Shown: positions 1 to 8,438, counted from the first letter of the stretch. The stretch: 26,739 bases of DNA from Actinomycetota bacterium (GCA_039800985.1 JBDLPR010000106.1:1-26739), one strand, 5' to 3'. Notes: generated from the sequence alone by a model not told the origin. Program-made: numbers and translations.

Positions 1-787
1 TATGCAAAGTATTAAAGGTGTGGAAGAACTCTTCCTGGGTCTGGACTTTGCCTGATAGGAATTGGATGTCATCGACCAAAAGGACGTCAATATCCCTGTA
101 ACGGCGCTGAAATTCCTTGGCTTTATCGTCACGGATTGAGTTAATAAATTCGTTGGTGAATTCTTCAGAACTAACGTAGCGAATCTTGGAACCGGCATAA
201 AGAGTTCTGGTGTAGTGGCCGATGGCGTGAAGTAAGTGTGTTTTACCAAGACCAGATTCGCCATATACGAAAAGTGGGTTGTAAGCCTTGGCTGGTTGTT
301 CGGCAACTGCTCTTGCTGCTGCGTGCGCAAATCTATTTGATGCGCCAGGCACGAAAGTGTCGAAAGTATATTTTGGATTTAGTCGGCTACCTTCTTCAGC
401 TGACTTCGGGGCTGGAGCCGGTCCACGACTTTCTTCAGGTGGAAGTGCTGGATGTGGATCAGATAAAACTGGTTCGGCATATGTCGCATCAGCAAGTTCG
501 TCGGTTGCATCATCATCAAGATCTGGCGCGACAGTTTCATCAACTGTTACTGCTAAGCGAATGTCACGACCAAGAATTTCAGAAAGTGCATCGCACACAA
601 GTGGACTAAGTCTTGACTCAAGAACGTCTTTAGTGAATTCGTTTGGTGCAGCGATTAGAGCTGTGTCACCAACTAAACCAAGTGGTCGAGTTAGGGCAAC
701 AAATGCTCGCTGTTGGGCTGTCAGAGTTCCTGAGGAAAGTGAGTTAAGAGCAGTTTCCCAAACTTGGGCTAAATCGATATTTTCCAT
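1..787 (-). CDS. dnaA: Chromosomal replication initiator DnaA, 5' part (runs off the left edge)
   Basis: Not in the ORF track; translated by hand. ATG at 787-785 gives [17 protein letters not shown]...[27 protein letters not shown] (domain I), then Walker [11 protein letters not shown] and Walker [12 protein letters not shown]...[12 protein letters not shown] at the window edge. Confidence 0.98.
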   Translation of the reverse strand, partial: MENIDLAQVWETALNSLSSGTLTAQQRAFVALTRPLGLVGDTALIAAPNEFTKDVLESRLSPLVCDALSEILGRDIRLAVTVDETVAPDLDDDATDELADATYAEPVLSDPHPALPPEESRGPAPAPKSAEEGSRLNPKYTFDTFVPGASNRFAHAAARAVAEQPAKAYNPLFVYGESGLGKTHLLHAIGHYTRTLYAGSKIRYVSSEEFTNEFINSIRDDKAKEFQRRYRDIDVLLVDDIQFLSGKVQTQEEFFHTFNTLH

Positions 788-813
788 AACCGGCTCTTGT
801 CACCCCTTAAAAG

Positions 814-877
814 ATATCCACAGGCAGGAGTAGCAATCTATTGCCTGTGGATAGGTGCTGACAAGTCGTTATCCACA
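814..877. promoter_or_regulatory. DnaA boxes upstream of dnaA (probable autoregulatory sites)
   Basis: TTATCCACA at 869-877 (perfect); TGTGGATAG at 846-854 and ATATCCACA at 814-822 (one mismatch each). A weaker ATATTCACA lies at 1018-1026. Confidence 0.85.
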
Positions 878-956
878 CTTGATCTAGACCACTAGTTCTA
901 GGGCTAAATTTGTTCCAATCCCCTTGCGCCAGTTAATAAATCGGAGTTTTTAGGGT

Positions 957-986
957 TTGACCAATACCTTGATATTCGCGTATCTT
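957..986 (+). promoter_or_regulatory. Putative housekeeping-sigma promoter of the rpmH operon
   Basis: TTGACC (957-962), 18 nt, TATCTT (981-986), upstream of rpmH. Confidence 0.55.
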
Positions 987-1105
987 TGTGAGGCACGTAT
1001 CGATAGGTACTTGTCGAATATTCACAAAATTTGAGGCACTAAAACCTAAAAGTTGTGAATGTCCGATGACGAATCGGTAAGCCCTTCCTTAAAAAGAGAG
1101 ATTTC

Positions 1106-1243
1106 ATGTCAAAGCGTACATTTCAGCCAAATAACCGTCGACGTGCCAAAACCCATGGTTTCCGTAGTCGTATGGCAACCCGTGCTGGCCGAGCCATCCT
1201 TTCAGCTCGCCGTGGCAAGGGCCGAGCCAAGCTGTCTGCTTAA
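1106..1243 (+). CDS. rpmH: 50S ribosomal protein L34
   Basis: Hand translation [45 protein letters not shown]; too short for the ORF track; canonical position divergent from dnaA. Confidence 0.99.
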   Translation: MSKRTFQPNNRRRAKTHGFRSRMATRAGRAILSARRGKGRAKLSA

Positions 1244-1252
1244 GAATTAGTT

Positions 1253-1585
1253 GTGCTGCCGACCAATGTGCGGCTGCGGAAATCCCGAGAAATTTCCCAA
1301 ACTCTTAAGTCTGGCAAACGCTACCCAGCCAAATTTCTGGTATTTCACATAGCCCAAGGCGCGACCGCCGAATCAAGATTTGCATTTGCAGTTGGGAAAA
1401 ACGTGGGTAATTCAGTAATCCGACATCGGGTGGTTCGCCGCTTGCGCCACCTGGTTATGGCCAACCTGACTAACTTCCCAGCCGGAAGCGATGTGGTGGT
1501 TCGCGCATTACCTGGAATCGACAAACTTGATCACCTTGAGCTTCAAAATAATTTCGATGTGGCTTTGTCGAAGGTAGCTAGCTAA
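1253..1585 (+). CDS. rnpA: Ribonuclease P protein component
   Basis: [25 protein letters not shown] (RNR-type motif) and DVVVRALP; follows rpmH. Confidence 0.96.
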   Translation: MLPTNVRLRKSREISQTLKSGKRYPAKFLVFHIAQGATAESRFAFAVGKNVGNSVIRHRVVRRLRHLVMANLTNFPAGSDVVVRALPGIDKLDHLELQNNFDVALSKVAS

Positions 1586-1923
1586 TGAATTTGCTTGACG
1601 CTATTTCTAAAATCTGGAACCAGACCATCGGCAAAGTTTTGGTCTTGGCCCTTGTTGGTCTAATTCGGATTTATCAAATGACGATCAGCAAATTGATCGG
1701 ACCAGTTTGTCGCTACTACCCATCTTGTTCGCACTACGGACTTGAGGCGATCAAAGTTCACGGAGCAGGCAAAGGATCACTTCTTGCCAGTTGGCGAATT
1801 TTGCGTTGTCACCCATGGGCAGCTGGTGGCATTGATGAAGTTCCAGCGCGTGGATCTTGGCCAGTGCGCGAATCTAAAGTAATTGAAGTTTCAACTAAAT
1901 CGAATAGGCAGGTAACTCTGTGA
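1585..1923 (+). CDS. yidD: Membrane protein insertion efficiency factor YidD
   Basis: IRIYQ...[23 protein letters not shown]...[17 protein letters not shown]. Confidence 0.96.
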   Translation: MNLLDAISKIWNQTIGKVLVLALVGLIRIYQMTISKLIGPVCRYYPSCSHYGLEAIKVHGAGKGSLLASWRILRCHPWAAGGIDEVPARGSWPVRESKVIEVSTKSNRQVTL

Positions 1924-2813
1924 ATCCGTTGGTACTACTGGAAAAAGGCGTTAGTTGGTTACTCGTAACCTTCCATTCATTTGCCAGCATCTTCTTCAAT
2001 AAAGACAGTGGCTGGGCATGGGGTCTTGCGATCGTTGCTCTAGTGGTTTTGATTCGTGTACTACTCATTCCACTTTTCGTAAAACAAATCAAGAGCCAAC
2101 GTAACCTGCAGATCATCCAGCCCCAGGTTAAAGAAATTCAAAAGAAGTATGCCGGTGATCGAGAGCGTCAGTCACAAGAGTTGATGAAGCTCTATAAAGA
2201 AACTGGCACCAATCCCCTAGCTAGCTGTTTGCCAATCTTGGCCCAAGCACCAATCTTCTTTGCGCTCTTCACGGTGCTTAATGGGATAGCACAAAATAAA
2301 AACAAGGGTGTGCTTACACCTGACTTGATGGAGTCAGCTCGCAACGCAAAAGTCTTAGGCGCTCCGATCTACGGCACCTTCACTCACCGCGCTGAGACAA
2401 TCGATCCAAGTGCAACTCTGTGGGTGACCGTTGTCCTAATCATCTTGATGACTGCAACCACATTCTTAACCCAGCGTCAGTTGATCGTAAAGAACACTGC
2501 CCCTGGCAATCCGATGGTCCAGCAGCAAAAAGTTTTGCTTTATGTGTTCCCAGTAATTTTTGCGATCTCAGGTATTAACTTCCCGGTCGGTGTTCTGCTC
2601 TATTGGTTCACCACCAACGTCTGGACTATGGGCCAGCAGTTCTATGTAATCCGAAATAGCCCCCAACCTGACACCCCCGCCTTTGAAGCCCTTCAGGCTC
2701 GAAAAGCCAAAAAAGCTGCTCGTAAGGGTGGGGTGGCAATCGAAGATTCAAAACCTGCTGAACCACAAAAGCAGGTTCGAAACCAACCTAAGAAAAACAA
2801 GAAGCGTAAATAA
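1920..2813 (+). CDS. yidC: Membrane protein insertase YidC
   Basis: [67 protein letters not shown]; basic C-terminal tail. Confidence 0.97.
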   Translation: MNPLVLLEKGVSWLLVTFHSFASIFFNKDSGWAWGLAIVALVVLIRVLLIPLFVKQIKSQRNLQIIQPQVKEIQKKYAGDRERQSQELMKLYKETGTNPLASCLPILAQAPIFFALFTVLNGIAQNKNKGVLTPDLMESARNAKVLGAPIYGTFTHRAETIDPSATLWVTVVLIILMTATTFLTQRQLIVKNTAPGNPMVQQQKVLLYVFPVIFAISGINFPVGVLLYWFTTNVWTMGQQFYVIRNSPQPDTPAFEALQARKAKKAARKGGVAIEDSKPAEPQKQVRNQPKKNKKRK

Positions 2814-2815
2814 CC

Positions 2816-2829
2816 GTTTCACGTGAAAC
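2816..2829. promoter_or_regulatory. parS site 1
   Basis: Perfect palindrome GTTTCACGTGAAAC between yidC and jag; actinobacterial parS consensus. Confidence 0.95.
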
Positions 2830-2851
2830 CAAACTTTAGAAAGGCAAAACT

Positions 2852-3325
2852 ATGAGTGACCGAGTTAATCAATTAGAAAAAGAAGGCGACATCGCCGCTG
2901 ACTATCTAGAAGGCTTGCTAGACATCGCCGACCTAGATGGCGACATCGACATGGACGTGGAAAATGACCGCGCCATGGTCAGCATCGTTGGGGCAGACCT
3001 TAACGAACTTGTTGGCGATAAGGGCAAGGTTTTGGATGCGATCCAGGAACTAACCCGTTTAGCTGTGACCCGCGAAACAGGGGAACGCTCTCGCCTAATG
3101 CTCGATATTTCTGGCTACCGCGTAGCCGCCCGTGAACGCCTAATCAAGATTGGCCAAGATGCAGCCAAAAAAGCCCTGGAATCTGGGGAAGCTGTTGAAC
3201 TTAAACCAATGTCTGCTTTTGAACGCAAGATTGTCCATGATGCAGTAAACGAAGCCGGCGCAGTCAGTGCTTCTGAAGGCGAAGAGCCAAAGCGTCGAAT
3301 CGTCGTTCATCCAGCCAAGCCATAG
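2852..3325 (+). CDS. jag: Jag/EloR (KhpB)-like RNA-binding protein, KH + R3H domains
   Basis: LVGDKGKVLDAIQELTR (KH), LDISGYR, MSAFERKIVHDAV (R3H), SEGEEPKRRIVV; lies between yidC and rsmG. Confidence 0.93.
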   Translation: MSDRVNQLEKEGDIAADYLEGLLDIADLDGDIDMDVENDRAMVSIVGADLNELVGDKGKVLDAIQELTRLAVTRETGERSRLMLDISGYRVAARERLIKIGQDAAKKALESGEAVELKPMSAFERKIVHDAVNEAGAVSASEGEEPKRRIVVHPAKP

Positions 3326-3338
3326 TTTCACGTGAAAC
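3325..3338. promoter_or_regulatory. parS site 2 (overlaps the jag stop and the rsmG start)
   Basis: Perfect GTTTCACGTGAAAC. Confidence 0.95.
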
Positions 3339-3931
3339 CACTGCTTTCGACTTACCCGGCAGCCGCCGCCAAGCTTGAAAAGTTTGAGCGGTGGTTAGCC
3401 ACGGCTGGGATCGAACGCGGAATCATGGGTCCGCGCGAAGTGGACCGAATCTGGGATCGCCATATTGCCAACTGTGCTGTGGTCGAAGAATTGATCCCAG
3501 AAAATTCAACCGTGCTGGATGTGGGCAGCGGGGCAGGATTACCTGGTCTAGTTTTGGCAATTGTCCGCCCAGATCTAAAAGTTGGCCTAATCGAACCCCT
3601 TCAGCGAAGGTGCGAATTTCTATCTGAAGTAATTGCCGATTTGGGTCTAGAGGATCAAGTTACGGTTTATCGGGGTCGAGCCCAAGAACAACCTGGCTTA
3701 ACCGCAGATGTGGTTACTGGCCGAGCTGTTGCCCCACTTCATAAATTCCTGACCTGGACTAGCAAGTTAGTTAAGCCAAGCGGCCAGATTTTGGCAATGA
3801 AAGGCAGCTCGGCTGCCACAGAAATCGAAGAAGCCCAAATCCAGTTAAAAGGCAAAACCGCTGAGATTGTGCAGGTGGGCCTTGGGGTTGTGGACCCGTT
3901 AACCACAGTCGTACGTATTAAATCTGCCTAA
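3332..3931 (+). CDS. rsmG: 16S rRNA m7G527 methyltransferase RsmG (GidB)
   Basis: RGIMGPREVDRIWDRHIANC, VLDVGSGAGLPG (SAM binding), LIEPLQRRCEFL, VTGRAVAPL, LAMKG. The GTG start lies inside parS 2 and is uncertain. Confidence 0.95.
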   Translation: MKPLLSTYPAAAAKLEKFERWLATAGIERGIMGPREVDRIWDRHIANCAVVEELIPENSTVLDVGSGAGLPGLVLAIVRPDLKVGLIEPLQRRCEFLSEVIADLGLEDQVTVYRGRAQEQPGLTADVVTGRAVAPLHKFLTWTSKLVKPSGQILAMKGSSAATEIEEAQIQLKGKTAEIVQVGLGVVDPLTTVVRIKSA

Positions 3932-3957
3932 TTTCTGGCTTTTTCTTTAATTTCAAT

Positions 3958-3971
3958 GTTTCACGTGAAAC
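3958..3971. promoter_or_regulatory. parS site 3
   Basis: Perfect GTTTCACGTGAAAC between rsmG and parA. Confidence 0.95.
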
Positions 3972-4044
3972 GGTCACAACTACCCTGCTTATTTTGCTGT
4001 CAGCAGGGTCACTTACGCTAAATACTTATAAACAAGGAAAAGAT

Positions 4045-4926
4045 ATGAACTTTCACGACGAAGACACCCCGTTAGCCGCGGCAGCTGCAGCCGCGGTCTA
4101 TGTCCGCCGTGGCCTAAAAGGTACTTTTCCTAAACCAAAGCACACCAGGGTTATTGCCGTTGCCAACCAAAAAGGTGGGGTAGGAAAGACCACATCTGCT
4201 GTGAACTTGGCAGCTTCCATGGCCCTGGCGGGCCTAAACGTTTTGGTGATCGATCTTGATCCGCAAGGTAATGCCTCAACCGCATTTGGGGTGGACCATC
4301 ACGAAGGTGCCCATGGCACATATGACGTCCTAGTTGATCGGGCTGACATCGCCGACATGATGACCGCGGCCCCAAAGTATGAATCTCTGTGGGTTCTGCC
4401 AGCATCTCTAGATTTGGCTGGGGTAGATATCCAGCTAATAAATGATGTATCTGAAAAGAACCGACCATTCCTATTAAAAGAGTCTTTGGATGAATTCCTG
4501 GCTGAACACGAGATCGACTACATTTTCGTGGACTGCCCGCCAAGCCTTGGCCTTTTGACCATTAATGCCCTAGCCGCCGTTAGCGAAGTTTTGATCCCAA
4601 TCCAGTGTGAGTTCTATGCCCTAGAAGGTGTTCAGCAGTTACTTCGGACCATTGATTTTGCAAAGGAGCGCCTAAATCCAGAGCTAAAAGTCAGCACTAT
4701 TTTGCTGACTATGTATGCCCAGACCACCAACCTTTCAGTGCAGGTGGCTGAAGAAGTTAGGGCCTATTTCAAGGACAAGGTTCTGGAGACCATAATTCCG
4801 CGCTCGGTTTATGTGGCCGAAGCTCCTTCTTTTGGTGAATCAGTTATGACTTATGACCCTGGCTCAACTGGGGCAGTGGCGTATTTAGAAGCGGCTAAAG
4901 AAATAGCCCATAGAAAGGTGAAGTAA
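4045..4926 (+). CDS. parA: Chromosome partitioning ATPase ParA
   Basis: Deviant Walker A NQKGGVGKTT, DLDPQGNAS, DCPPSLGLLTINA, PIQCEFYALEG. Start set at ATG 4045 (AAGGAAA SD-like upstream) rather than the track's TTG at 3994. Confidence 0.97.
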   Translation: MNFHDEDTPLAAAAAAAVYVRRGLKGTFPKPKHTRVIAVANQKGGVGKTTSAVNLAASMALAGLNVLVIDLDPQGNASTAFGVDHHEGAHGTYDVLVDRADIADMMTAAPKYESLWVLPASLDLAGVDIQLINDVSEKNRPFLLKESLDEFLAEHEIDYIFVDCPPSLGLLTINALAAVSEVLIPIQCEFYALEGVQQLLRTIDFAKERLNPELKVSTILLTMYAQTTNLSVQVAEEVRAYFKDKVLETIIPRSVYVAEAPSFGESVMTYDPGSTGAVAYLEAAKEIAHRKVK

Positions 4927-4928
4927 CT

Positions 4929-5969
4929 ATGGCACAGCGTAAGAGTCTTGGTCGCGGTCTTGGAGCACTTATTCCAGATGTTTCACGTGAAACAAGAGGA
5001 GCCAAGCCAACGGCCAAGAAGGCCGCGCCTGCTAAAAAAGCTCCGGTGAAGGCCCCTGCAAAGGCTGCCGCTAAGCCACCAGTAAAGACTTCATCCCCAG
5101 CTCCTGCCAAAGCAGTAGCCTCGGCACCAGTTGAAATCGCTGGCCTAACTTTTGCCGAACTAAACATTCGCTCAATCGAGCCAAACCCACAGCAGCCCCG
5201 CACAATTTTTGACGAAGAGGCCCTGGCCGAACTGGTCCACTCGATCAAAGAAATCGGCTTACTTCAGCCAGTCGTGGTTCGTCCGAAGAAGTCGGGTGGT
5301 TATGAACTGATCGCCGGTGAGCGTCGTCTTCGCGCATCTAAGAAAGCCGGTCTTAAGAGCATCCCTGCCTTAATCAGACAGACCGCTGATGATGCGATGC
5401 TGCGTGATGCCCTTCTTGAAAACCTGCATCGCTCGAACTTAACTCCACTTGAAGAAGCCTCTGCCTATCAACAGTTACTAAATGACTTCGGGGGAACTCA
5501 AGATGAGCTAGCTGCAAAGCTGGGTCGTTCTCGTCCGCAAATCTCAAACACACTTCGCTTACTTAACTTGCCGCCAACAGTTCAGCGTCGCGTTGCAGCC
5601 GGTGTACTTTCAGCAGGTCATGCTCGCGCATTACTTGCACTTAAAGATGCAACCGCGATGGAAAAACTTGCAGCACGAATTGTTGCTGAAGGTTTATCAG
5701 TACGCAGTGTTGAAGAGATTGTTTCGCTTGACGAAGGTGCTCTTGAAAGTAAGGGCGCGACAAAGAAAGCCCTGCCAAAGATCAGTGCACCTGGGCTTAA
5801 GGATCTTGGCGATCGCATGTCTGAAAAATTAGACACTCGAGTGACTGTTCAACTTGGTCGACACAAAGGCAAAGTGGTAATTGAGTTCGCAACACTTGAA
5901 GACCTTCGTCGCATAGTTGAGATTGTTGATCCACCATCACGTGGCATGTTTGGCGAACCACTCAAATAA
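4929..5969 (+). CDS. parB: Chromosome partitioning CTPase ParB
   Basis: LGRGLGALIP, PNPQQPR, IGLLQPVVVR, IAGERRLRA (CTP motif), ALLENLHR, HTH QDELAAKLGRSRPQISNTLRLL, GHARALL. Confidence 0.98.
   Translation: MAQRKSLGRGLGALIPDVSRETRGAKPTAKKAAPAKKAPVKAPAKAAAKPPVKTSSPAPAKAVASAPVEIAGLTFAELNIRSIEPNPQQPRTIFDEEALAELVHSIKEIGLLQPVVVRPKKSGGYELIAGERRLRASKKAGLKSIPALIRQTADDAMLRDALLENLHRSNLTPLEEASAYQQLLNDFGGTQDELAAKLGRSRPQISNTLRLLNLPPTVQRRVAAGVLSAGHARALLALKDATAMEKLAARIVAEGLSVRSVEEIVSLDEGALESKGATKKALPKISAPGLKDLGDRMSEKLDTRVTVQLGRHKGKVVIEFATLEDLRRIVEIVDPPSRGMFGEPLK
4979..4994. promoter_or_regulatory. parS site 4 (inside parB)
   Basis: 16-bp perfect palindrome TGTTTCACGTGAAACA, translated as D-V-S-R-E-T in ParB. 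Confidence 0.95.
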
Positions 5970-5980
5970 GCAAAAAAAAG

Positions 5981-6002
5981 AAATGTGACCTGCGTCACAA
6001 TT
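5981..6002. promoter_or_regulatory. CRP/GlxR-type palindrome and/or terminator of the minus-strand trxB-trxA-cwlM unit
   Basis: AAATGTGA-CCTGCG-TCACAATT has the TGTGA-N6-TCACA core. On the minus strand it is a 6-bp hairpin (TGTGAC/GTCACA) followed by TTTCTTTTTTTT. Confidence 0.6.
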
Positions 6003-6017
6003 TGAGTTTTTAGATAT

Positions 6018-7103
6018 TTAGCCGATTCGTGGCGTGAATAAACGGCTTATCGCCGATGCTAAGTGTCCAGCAATCTGATCGCGCACGTTGTTATCAGCAA
6101 GTAGCGCAGCGTCATTTGGATTAGTTGCAAACCCAATTTCAGTTCGCACACTTGGCATGCGAGTTAAGCGAAGTAGATCCCATGTTTTTGCATGAGCTTG
6201 GTTATCAGCAAGGGGCAAGTGATTTGTTAGTTCTTCTTGAATGAGCTCAGCTAACTGAAGCCCAGTTGCCGATCTAGAAAATTGGTGACCAAAGTAGTAA
6301 CTTGCAACACCACTGCCCAATTCATTTTTGTATTTATCCATTGCAATGGAAACAACTAAGTCGGCATTCTGTTCATTGGCAAAAGCCGCGCTAGCTCGCT
6401 CACCTTGGGACTGACCGTTCTTGGCTCTAGTTAAAAGAACCAAAGTGCCATGAGCACTCAAGCGGCCCTCAAGGCGACTTGCGATATCAAAACAAACTTC
6501 AGCGACGGTCAGATCTTGGTTAATAAGTTGATCGGCTCTGGCAATTGGCTCGATCACAATCGTTGCTGTTTCTAATGTTCGGGTTTTGCCAAAGCTATCC
6601 CAGGCACCTAGTTCCCTTAAGTGTTCTTGGTTGCCACCAGTGACCATTCGGCCAAGTCGGCCAAGGGCTCTAAAGGCTTCTGGTCCACAAATCCCATCGG
6701 CCCTAAGGCCAACACCAGTCTGAAATTCTCTAACGCAGCGATCAGTGATTTTGCCAAAAATCCCATCAACTCGGTCAATTGGATAGCCAAGTTCGGCCAA
6801 GCGCTGTTGTAATTGGGCAACATCTTCACCATGGATTAAATGACCTGGAGTGAAAGAAAGAACGCGATCACCAAGGGTCCATCTGGCTTCATCTAGGCGT
6901 CGAAGGGTTCTTGGCCCAACAATGCCATCGACGTTTAGGCCTCGACTTTGTTGGAATACTCGAACAGCCGCCAAGAGCTCATCATCGAAAATATCGTCAG
7001 CAGCACCCGGTTGCGTGGATAGCAAACCCAGGTGCATTAGACGATCACGAACCTCTTTAACCGCAGGTCCGCTGTCGCCGCGCTTTAGGATCACGGCTGA
7101 CAT
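6018..7103 (-). CDS. cwlM: CwlM-like protein: two peptidoglycan-binding domains plus a degenerate N-acetylmuramoyl-L-alanine amidase (Amidase_3) domain
   Basis: LKRGDSGPAV...FQQSRGLNVDGIVGPRT and GEDVAQLQQRLAELGY...DGIFG...FQ...DGICGP; amidase fold LTR...ERA..AN...ADLVVSI...GVASYYFG...WDLLRLTRMPSVRTEIGF; downstream of trxBA as for mycobacterial cwlM. Confidence 0.88.
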   Translation of the reverse strand: MSAVILKRGDSGPAVKEVRDRLMHLGLLSTQPGAADDIFDDELLAAVRVFQQSRGLNVDGIVGPRTLRRLDEARWTLGDRVLSFTPGHLIHGEDVAQLQQRLAELGYPIDRVDGIFGKITDRCVREFQTGVGLRADGICGPEAFRALGRLGRMVTGGNQEHLRELGAWDSFGKTRTLETATIVIEPIARADQLINQDLTVAEVCFDIASRLEGRLSAHGTLVLLTRAKNGQSQGERASAAFANEQNADLVVSIAMDKYKNELGSGVASYYFGHQFSRSATGLQLAELIQEELTNHLPLADNQAHAKTWDLLRLTRMPSVRTEIGFATNPNDAALLADNNVRDQIAGHLASAISRLFTPRIG

Positions 7104-7109
7104 TATTTA

Positions 7110-7430
7110 TTAAATAAATTCAGCTAGTTCAGCTAGCAGAGCAGCCTTTGGCTTAGCCCCGATGATCTGCTTAACAACCTGACCATTTTGGTAAACGTTC
7201 AAAGTTGGAATAGAAGTCACGCCATAGTTAGCAGCTAGTGATGGATTCTCATCAACGTTGAGTTTGGCAATAACAAGCTTGTTGCCATGTTCAACAGCGA
7301 TTTCATCAAGGATTGGGGCAACCATTTTGCATGGACCACACCATTCAGCCCAGAAATCAACCAGTACTGCTTTGCTGTTTGCCAGAACTTCAGTGCCAAA
7401 GTTTGCTTCATTAACAACTACTGCGGCCAT
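7110..7430 (-). CDS. trxA: Thioredoxin
   Basis: VDFWAEWCGPCKM active site; SIPTL. Confidence 0.99.
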   Translation of the reverse strand: MAAVVVNEANFGTEVLANSKAVLVDFWAEWCGPCKMVAPILDEIAVEHGNKLVIAKLNVDENPSLAANYGVTSIPTLNVYQNGQVVKQIIGAKPKAALLAELAEFI

Positions 7431-7467
7431 CGCCTTCTCCTCTTTTGTTGTGGTCTAAGCATAAATC

Positions 7468-7495
7468 GTCAACTGCCAGATACCTGACAGCCAAC
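7468..7495 (-). other. RNA stem-loop between trxB and trxA
   Basis: Minus strand GUUGGCUGUCAG-GUAU-CUGGCAGUUGAC: 12 contiguous pairs, four of them G.U; begins 4 nt after the trxB stop. Confidence 0.6.
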
Positions 7496-7499
7496 TTAT

Positions 7500-8438
7500 C
7501 TATCCGTGTAAGTGGGCTAAAAATCTTTCAGCATCTAGGGCAGCAGCGCAGCCTGAGCCAGCAGCTGTGATTGCCTGACGGTAAGTGTGATCAACCAGGT
7601 CGCCAGCTGCAAAAACACCTGAAAGGTTGGTGGCAGTGCTACCAGGTTTAGTGATTACATAACCTTCTTTATCAAGTTCAACCTGACCCTTAAGAAGTTC
7701 AGAGCGTGGGTCATGGCCAATCGCCACAAATAAACCAGTAATTGCAATTTGGCGTGTTTCACCAGTAACGGTGTCTTTCAGGGTTGCCCCACTTAGCTTC
7801 GGTTCGCCTTGAAGTTCAACAACTTCACTATTCCAAGCAAATTTAATTTTTGGATCGTTGTGTGCACGATCAGACATGATCTTTGATGCGCGAAGCTCAC
7901 CGCGACGGTGAATCAACGTAACAGACTTGGCAAAGCGAGTTAGGAAAGTGGCTTCTTCAACTGCTGAATCGCCACCGCCAACAACTGCAATGTCTTGATC
8001 GCGGAAGAAGAAACCATCGCAAGTCGCACACCAAGAAACACCATGGCCAGACAATTCTTTTTCGCGGGCAATGCCAAGCTCGCGGTAACCAGATCCAGTT
8101 GCCAAAATAACTGCGTGGCTGCGGTATTCCTTACCTGAGCCATCCCAAACAACTTTTACATCGCCAGTTAAATCAACTTTGGTCACATCGTCAGTGATTA
8201 GATTCGCACCAAATTTTTTCGCTTGGGCTTTCATGTTTTCCATCAAATTTGGACCCATGATGCCATCTGGGAAACCAGGGAAATTTTCGACTTCAGTTGT
8301 GTTCATTAGCGCGCCACCAGCAGTGACTGCACCCTCAAACACAATCGGGTTAAGTTGAGCGCGAGCTGCATAAATTGCTGAGGTGTATCCAGATGGACCA
8401 GAACCAATGATGATTAAATCTGCAATTTCAGCTGACAC
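7500..8438 (-). CDS. trxB: Thioredoxin-disulfide reductase
   Basis: [10 protein letters not shown] (FAD), [11 protein letters not shown] (CxxC), [11 protein letters not shown] (NADPH), GVFAAGD...[11 protein letters not shown]. Confidence 0.99.
   Translation of the reverse strand: MSAEIADLIIIGSGPSGYTSAIYAARAQLNPIVFEGAVTAGGALMNTTEVENFPGFPDGIMGPNLMENMKAQAKKFGANLITDDVTKVDLTGDVKVVWDGSGKEYRSHAVILATGSGYRELGIAREKELSGHGVSWCATCDGFFFRDQDIAVVGGGDSAVEEATFLTRFAKSVTLIHRRGELRASKIMSDRAHNDPKIKFAWNSEVVELQGEPKLSGATLKDTVTGETRQIAITGLFVAIGHDPRSELLKGQVELDKEGYVITKPGSTATNLSGVFAAGDLVDHTYRQAITAAGSGCAAALDAERFLAHLHG

Noticed and set aside
238-833. Two plus-strand ORFs (123 aa and 181 aa)
   Set aside because: Antisense shadows of dnaA, which is unambiguous on the minus strand; no recognisable motifs or ribosome-binding sites.
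788-1105. rpmH-dnaA intergenic region as the full oriC
   Set aside because: Only a few DnaA boxes and no clear unwinding element. In actinobacteria the main origin usually lies between dnaA and dnaN, which is outside the window.
1059-1250. 63-aa ORF over rpmH
   Set aside because: Alternative frame of the real L34 gene at 1106-1243.
3956-4021. Small ORF MFHVKRSQLPCLFCCQQGHLR upstream of parA
   Set aside because: Its start is simply the parS sequence read as MFHVK; no SD, and out of frame with parA; likely chance.
4895-5248. Minus-strand ORF containing VSRET
   Set aside because: Antisense to parB; VSRET appears on both strands because parS is palindromic.
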